NCBI GenBank assembly: GCA_965221905.1
Contig: OZ244922.1
Coordinates: forward strand, 3,392,001 to 3,456,000
From: Chloroflexota bacterium
Lineage (GTDB): Bacteria; Chloroflexota; UBA11872; VXOZ01
Reading direction: 5' to 3'
Length of the DNA: 64,000 nucleotides
The position numbers were made by a program, and so were the translations under genes. A model generated the notes under the pieces. That model saw only the letters and a program-made list of their open reading frames with translations. It was not told the DNA's origin and ran no database searches. Below, piece by piece: positions 59,361-64,000 of this stretch; position 1 is the stretch's first letter, and every line of letters begins with the position of its first letter.

Positions 59361-59855
59361 AGTGAATCTCCTCCTGCGTTTGTTGCAACGCACCGCCGAG
59401 GCGCATGATCTTGATTACGGACAATGCACTCTTGCTACTAAATATCCGGTGATCATGGTATACCGTAGCGCGGGGGCTTGTCCCCCGCCTCTTGAATCGA
59501 AAGGGAGACTTGCTCGACTCATCCCATCCGTGACCATCCGAACGATTTTTAGGGTTCCACGAACACTGATGCCATTTTACACCACTGCGCTCAGCTCATT
59601 CCTGGCTTGACCAACCCCACTCTTGCTTCCTCAGATCTTAGAATTTCACTTTCTTGAGATCGCAGGGGCGGTTTTGCGGCCCACGATACACTACTGCAAC
59701 ATTGACCACTCCTTGAATCCCCCTTCCTGCCGCGCTAGAATCGGTAAGTCCGAATAGGCGGCCAATTGACTTGTACAGCCCTTCCGCGTTTCTCCATGGT
59801 GACGGCACTGGCGTAGGTTGTGGAGCACGATGAACTGCGGCTGAGCACAGCAAAG

Positions 59856-61268
59856 ATGAGCGCATCAACTGAAAGTCGGCAGACGCAAGAACCGTCCGCT
59901 GGGGTAGCTGCCAGCGAGTACGTCCGGCGGCTGCGCGAGCGGCAGAACGCGTACCTGGCACGCATGGCGCCGCTGTGGGCGCAGGCACACCCCTACGCGC
60001 GACGGGTGTTGCGGGAGCGCGGGCTGACTCCTGAGGACATCAGGACAGTCGCTGACATCCGCAAGCTGCCGCCCATGACCAAGCAGGACTACATACGCGA
60101 CCCGGAGCGATTTCGACTAGATCCGTCCCAAGCAACCGGACTGAGCTTGGAAGAGCGGACTATTGCCGACATCATCTATACGGCGGGTTCTTCCGGCGAG
60201 CCGACGCCCTTCTACGACACGGTGCACGATCGCTACGCACGCATCGATCTGATGGCGCGCGCCACGCGCATCGCGGGCATCGGGCCTGCCGACACCGTGA
60301 TGAACCTCTTTCCCCTGAGCGCCGTGCCCCATCAGGGCTTTCTCAGCGCGACGTGGGGGCCGATGGCAGCCGGCAGCAAGCTGCTCAGCGGCCTCACCGG
60401 CCGGTCCTATGCCGGTTTTCCCGTGCACCGGCGCATGGACGAAGCCATCGATCTCATCGAAAGCCAGCGCGCCACAGTGCTGTGGGGCATCACTAGCTAC
60501 GTCCGGCGTGTCATCATGCGCGCCGAAACGCTCGGCAAAGACTTCAGCGCGGTGCGCCTGGTGATGGCAATGGGCGAGCCCTGCCCCACGGCCATGCGCG
60601 ACGACATGCGCACACGGCTCACGCGCATGGGCAGCCCGCATGTTACAGTGAACAACGGCTACGGCATGACTGAGCTGATGGGACCGTCCACCGAGTGCCG
60701 CGAAAACGGCGGCGCCCACCTGCCCGCCCCGGAACAATTCTACTTCGAGGTGGTTGACCCGCAGACGCATGCGCCCGTGCCCGACGGCGCGCGGGGCTTG
60801 TTGCTCCTCACCCACCTCAACCGCCGGGGCACAGTGCTACTGCGCTACGTGGCGGGAGACGTGGTGGCGCTGACACACGAGCAATGCCCCCACTGCAGCC
60901 GCTGGGAGCCGCGCTTCCTGGGCAGCCCTTATCGGGTTGACGGCCTGACAAAGGTCAAAGGCACGCTAATCAATCCGGCAGTGATACTGGATGGGCTATC
61001 CGGGTTGCTCAGCCGTGGGGTGCGAGAATACCAGGTCGTCATCAGCCGGGAGAATCCCCACGATCCGCTTTCCGCTGACGTGCTGCGGGTGCGCGCCGCC
61101 TGTGCTGCTGCCGACCACACGCGCCTGCGGCAAGAAATCGAGGCAACCGTCCGCGCCGAAACGGAGATCAGTCCCAAAATCGACTTTCTGCCGGCAGACG
61201 GCTTCGGCGAGATCGCAGGCGGCTACAAGTTCAAGCGCTTTATCGACGAACGGTCGGAAACAATGTAG
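59856..61268 (+). CDS. Phenylacetate-CoA ligase (PaaK)-like AMP ligase
   Basis: YTAGSSGEP, YGMTE, RYVAGD, RVD..KVKG. Confidence 0.85.
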   Translation: MSASTESRQTQEPSAGVAASEYVRRLRERQNAYLARMAPLWAQAHPYARRVLRERGLTPEDIRTVADIRKLPPMTKQDYIRDPERFRLDPSQATGLSLEERTIADIIYTAGSSGEPTPFYDTVHDRYARIDLMARATRIAGIGPADTVMNLFPLSAVPHQGFLSATWGPMAAGSKLLSGLTGRSYAGFPVHRRMDEAIDLIESQRATVLWGITSYVRRVIMRAETLGKDFSAVRLVMAMGEPCPTAMRDDMRTRLTRMGSPHVTVNNGYGMTELMGPSTECRENGGAHLPAPEQFYFEVVDPQTHAPVPDGARGLLLLTHLNRRGTVLLRYVAGDVVALTHEQCPHCSRWEPRFLGSPYRVDGLTKVKGTLINPAVILDGLSGLLSRGVREYQVVISRENPHDPLSADVLRVRAACAAADHTRLRQEIEATVRAETEISPKIDFLPADGFGEIAGGYKFKRFIDERSETM

Positions 61269-61309
61269 CGCCAAGAGATTCGGGAAACATCGTATAATCA
61301 CGTCGGTAC

Positions 61310-61762
61310 ATGAGCGAGGAAGGAAACAACTCTGTGGGGGAACCGAAACGCACCGACATGCTTGTGGCCGGTGAAGAACTGGCCCCGTTCACGTTCCAAG
61401 TGACGGAAGAATTCAATGAAAATTTCCTGCATTCAATGGAGGACTTTCACACACGCTACATGGAGGGCGTCGGCGATGCGGCCCCCATCATTCACGCCGG
61501 CCTGCTCTTCAACTTCAGCAATCTCACGCGCAGTCCCTCGTTCTCCCTGTCCGCCGGAGTCGCGGCCATTCACACCCACGAGGAAGCGACCTTCTCTGAG
61601 CCAGCGCCTGTTGGGAGCACGCTGACCGTCTCCTGGAAGATTATTGACACCTATGAAAAACGGGAACGACTCTACCAGGTCGTCGAAGCACTGATTACGA
61701 CCGAAACAGGGAGTCAGGTGCTCCGCCGCGTCTCGACGAATATCTACATGGGCGAAGGGTGA
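61310..61762 (+). CDS. MaoC-like hotdog-fold protein
   Basis: IHTHEE..F..P..VG, YEKRERLY. Confidence 0.65.
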   Translation: MSEEGNNSVGEPKRTDMLVAGEELAPFTFQVTEEFNENFLHSMEDFHTRYMEGVGDAAPIIHAGLLFNFSNLTRSPSFSLSAGVAAIHTHEEATFSEPAPVGSTLTVSWKIIDTYEKRERLYQVVEALITTETGSQVLRRVSTNIYMGEG

Positions 61763-61904
61763 TGGCGGTTGCATTAGAAGGTGACGGAGGTAGCGTCACT
61801 CCGGCGGAAGCCGGAGTCCAGGGCCGGTCCAAAGATGGATTCCGGCTTGCGCCGGAATGACGGATCAAATGCAAAATGACCTAGAAGCCGACAAGGACTC
61901 CTTG

Positions 61905-62339
61905 ATGCTACCACTGTCACCGGATACGCCCGTAGGTCACACCGTAACGGGCCGCAAGAAGAAGGTCACGTCGTATCGCACGTGGCTTTTCTCGGGCGGC
62001 TGGCCGCGCTTCAACGGCTGGCCCGCCAAGAACGTGCACACCGACCTGGCCGCCGCCCGGCAGAGCGGACTGCCCACCAGAGCGGCCTCGGGCGCCATGT
62101 GCCTCGGCTACCTGTCGGAACTCTTGGTCGACCTCTTTGGCGACCGGTGGCTGACCTACGGCGAGCTTTCGTCCAAGTTTATCGGCATAATTGACGCCGG
62201 TGACGATATTGTTTCCAAGGCACGGGTGACCGACGTAGCAGAAACAGAATCGGGCGTCCAAGTCTCGCTCGACGTGTGGTGCGAGAACCAGGACGGTACG
62301 CCGGTCGTCGTCGGTACGGCCAGCGGCCGGGTGGACTGA
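61905..62339 (+). CDS. MaoC-like dehydratase
   Basis: NVHTD..AAR..GL....ASG, VWCENQDG. Confidence 0.8.
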   Translation: MLPLSPDTPVGHTVTGRKKKVTSYRTWLFSGGWPRFNGWPAKNVHTDLAAARQSGLPTRAASGAMCLGYLSELLVDLFGDRWLTYGELSSKFIGIIDAGDDIVSKARVTDVAETESGVQVSLDVWCENQDGTPVVVGTASGRVD

Positions 62340-62480
62340 TGCTCGTTCTCTATGCGGCGGCCCGTGACCTGGGGAGCGTGGCGGCTCGCTCGTCACTCAG
62401 GCGAATAGCTTGCCCCGTACTTGATACGGGGCCGGAGACCGGAAGTCGATTGAAAAATGGATTCCGGCTTTCGCCGGAAT

Positions 62481-62722
62481 TGTAAATGTTGAGTAATTCG
62501 TTGACAGAATTCGCTTTCCACCAGGGAGTGTTGACCGATTATGTCATTCCGAGCGAAGAGAGGAATCTGGAGTCCATGTTGCAACAAGTCCAATAGGCTC
62601 AGCACTCTAGATTCCTCTCTTCGCTGCGCTCCGTTCGGAATGACATGTGTACAAGGCATGCACGACGCGTCGCTTATCTTCTCTTTATTGAAGATCTGTC
62701 AACGAATTACCTGACACTTACA
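62481..62722. mobile_element. Second copy of the 28-bp-TIR MITE, inserted in a family B REP with GGAAT duplication
   Basis: GGAAT|TGTAAATGTTGAGTAATTCGTTGACAGA...TCTGTCAACGAATTACCTGACACTTACA|GGAAT. Confidence 0.85.
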
Positions 62723-62882
62723 GGAATGACGGACGGATGCAGGTTGTTCGCACTGCAATAACGGGGCTGACGGATCAAATTCTATGCTACTGAATTCAGA
62801 AGTATCACTGAGCACATAGTGTTGCAGGTGCTGTTCGGACTTCGACAGGCTCAGTACGAACGGGAACAACACTGCCTACGCG

Positions 62883-63046
62883 AAACACAACCGTTCGCCG
62901 CCTATGCGCAACACAACCGTTCGCCGCCTATGCGCAACACAACCGTTCGCCGCCTACGCGAAACACAACCGTTCGCCGCCTATGCGAATCACAACCGTTC
63001 GCCGCCTATGCGCAACACAACCGTTCGCCCTGAGCCTGTCGAAGGG
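62883..63046. repeat. 26-bp tandem repeat x6 ending in a full family A REP
   Basis: CCGTTCGCC at 62891, 62917, 62943, 62969, 62995, 63021. Confidence 0.9.
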
Positions 63047-63114
63047 TCAAAGGGTAGATTCCCGAAGAGCAAAGTCTTGATGCGACGAATACCAGCCATT
63101 AAGGAGCACAACGG

Positions 63115-64000
63115 ATGCCCGGAATTGTAGCCTGCGTCCATCCCCGTGCCGCCGAGGAAGGCGCGAAAATTCTGGAAGCGGGCGGCAACGCGTTCGACGC
63201 CGCCCTCGCCACCGCCTTCGTGCAGATGATTGTGACCCCCTTCAGTTGCGGTATCGGGGGCATGGTTTCAGCGCACGTTCTCTCCCGCGACCATGACACC
63301 CACGCAGTCGTGGACGGCTGCCTGCGCGCCGGATCGCGCGTGACGCCGGACATGTGGGTCGCAGACTACCGCGGTGAAGGCGACTTCAGCGGCGAAAGCC
63401 TCTTCGATGACTTTCGCAGCACCATGGGCTACACCTCCATCTGCACGCCAGGCGCGGTGGAGGCTTTAGGAGAGGTGCAGCGCCGGTTCTGCACCATGCC
63501 GTGGCGCGATCTCCTGCAACCGGCTATTCGCATCGCGCGGCAGGGCTTCCCCGTGCTGCCGGGCATGACGCAAGTATCTGTCGAGCAACCGGAACCCTAC
63601 AAGCCGAGCCGTATCGAACGTTTGAACGCCACACCGGACTGCGCCGCCCTCTACCTGCGGCCCGACGGCTCGCCGTTTCTGCCGGACGACCGACTGCGGA
63701 ATCCGGCATATGCCGACACGCTGGAGCAGCTTGCCGCGCGGGGCGCGGATGACTTCTACCACGGCCAGTTGGCGGAGAGAATTAGTGCAGACCTGGCGGC
63801 GAACGGCGCTTTCGTGACCCGCGACGACCTGGCCGCCTACGAGCCGGTGACCTACGCTCCCCGCGCTGCCACCTACCGCGACTGTACGGTGTATAGCAAC
63901 GGCGCGCCGGGAGGCGGCCCTTTGCTCCTGGAAGCGCTCAACGTGCTCGCCGGATTCGATCTTGCCGGGCTGGGACATGGCAGCGCAGAGTATTTCGCCC
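63115..64000 (+). CDS. ggt: Gamma-glutamyltransferase (partial, runs off window)
   Basis: Manual translation MPGIVACVHPRAAEEGAKILEAGGNAFDAA...SCGIGG; RBS AAGGAG. Confidence 0.88.
   Translation, partial: MPGIVACVHPRAAEEGAKILEAGGNAFDAALATAFVQMIVTPFSCGIGGMVSAHVLSRDHDTHAVVDGCLRAGSRVTPDMWVADYRGEGDFSGESLFDDFRSTMGYTSICTPGAVEALGEVQRRFCTMPWRDLLQPAIRIARQGFPVLPGMTQVSVEQPEPYKPSRIERLNATPDCAALYLRPDGSPFLPDDRLRNPAYADTLEQLAARGADDFYHGQLAERISADLAANGAFVTRDDLAAYEPVTYAPRAATYRDCTVYSNGAPGGGPLLLEALNVLAGFDLAGLGHGSAEYFA

Noticed and set aside
62883-63046. CRISPR array
   Set aside because: Pure tandem repeat with no unique spacers

Overview
GC-rich bacterial chromosomal window, probably Chloroflexota (inferred from the gene families, not proven). 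It carries housekeeping genes (glpK, purB, purC, pnp, dapB, asd, tRNA-Lys), many catabolic and transport genes, and dense palindromic REP-like repeats. Four accessory features stand out. (1) A ~12.7-kb phage head/packaging/mini-tail operon (38909-51564, minus strand) has no integrase, replication genes, tape measure or endolysin. It is divergent from a LexA-paralog plus sigma-factor pair and is interleaved with host REP repeats, so it is a candidate gene-transfer-agent-like domesticated system. In this copy it carries three disabling lesions. (2) An HTH + HExxH-peptidase (CapH/CapP-like) regulated Ubl / E2-E1 / DUF6527 bacterial ubiquitination-like operon lies between purC and pnp. (3) A small methyltransferase + PD-(D/E)XK nuclease pair. 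(4) Two non-autonomous elements with shared 28-bp ends have inserted at the same nucleotide of one REP family. All calls are from reading the sequence and motifs by eye; no searches were run.
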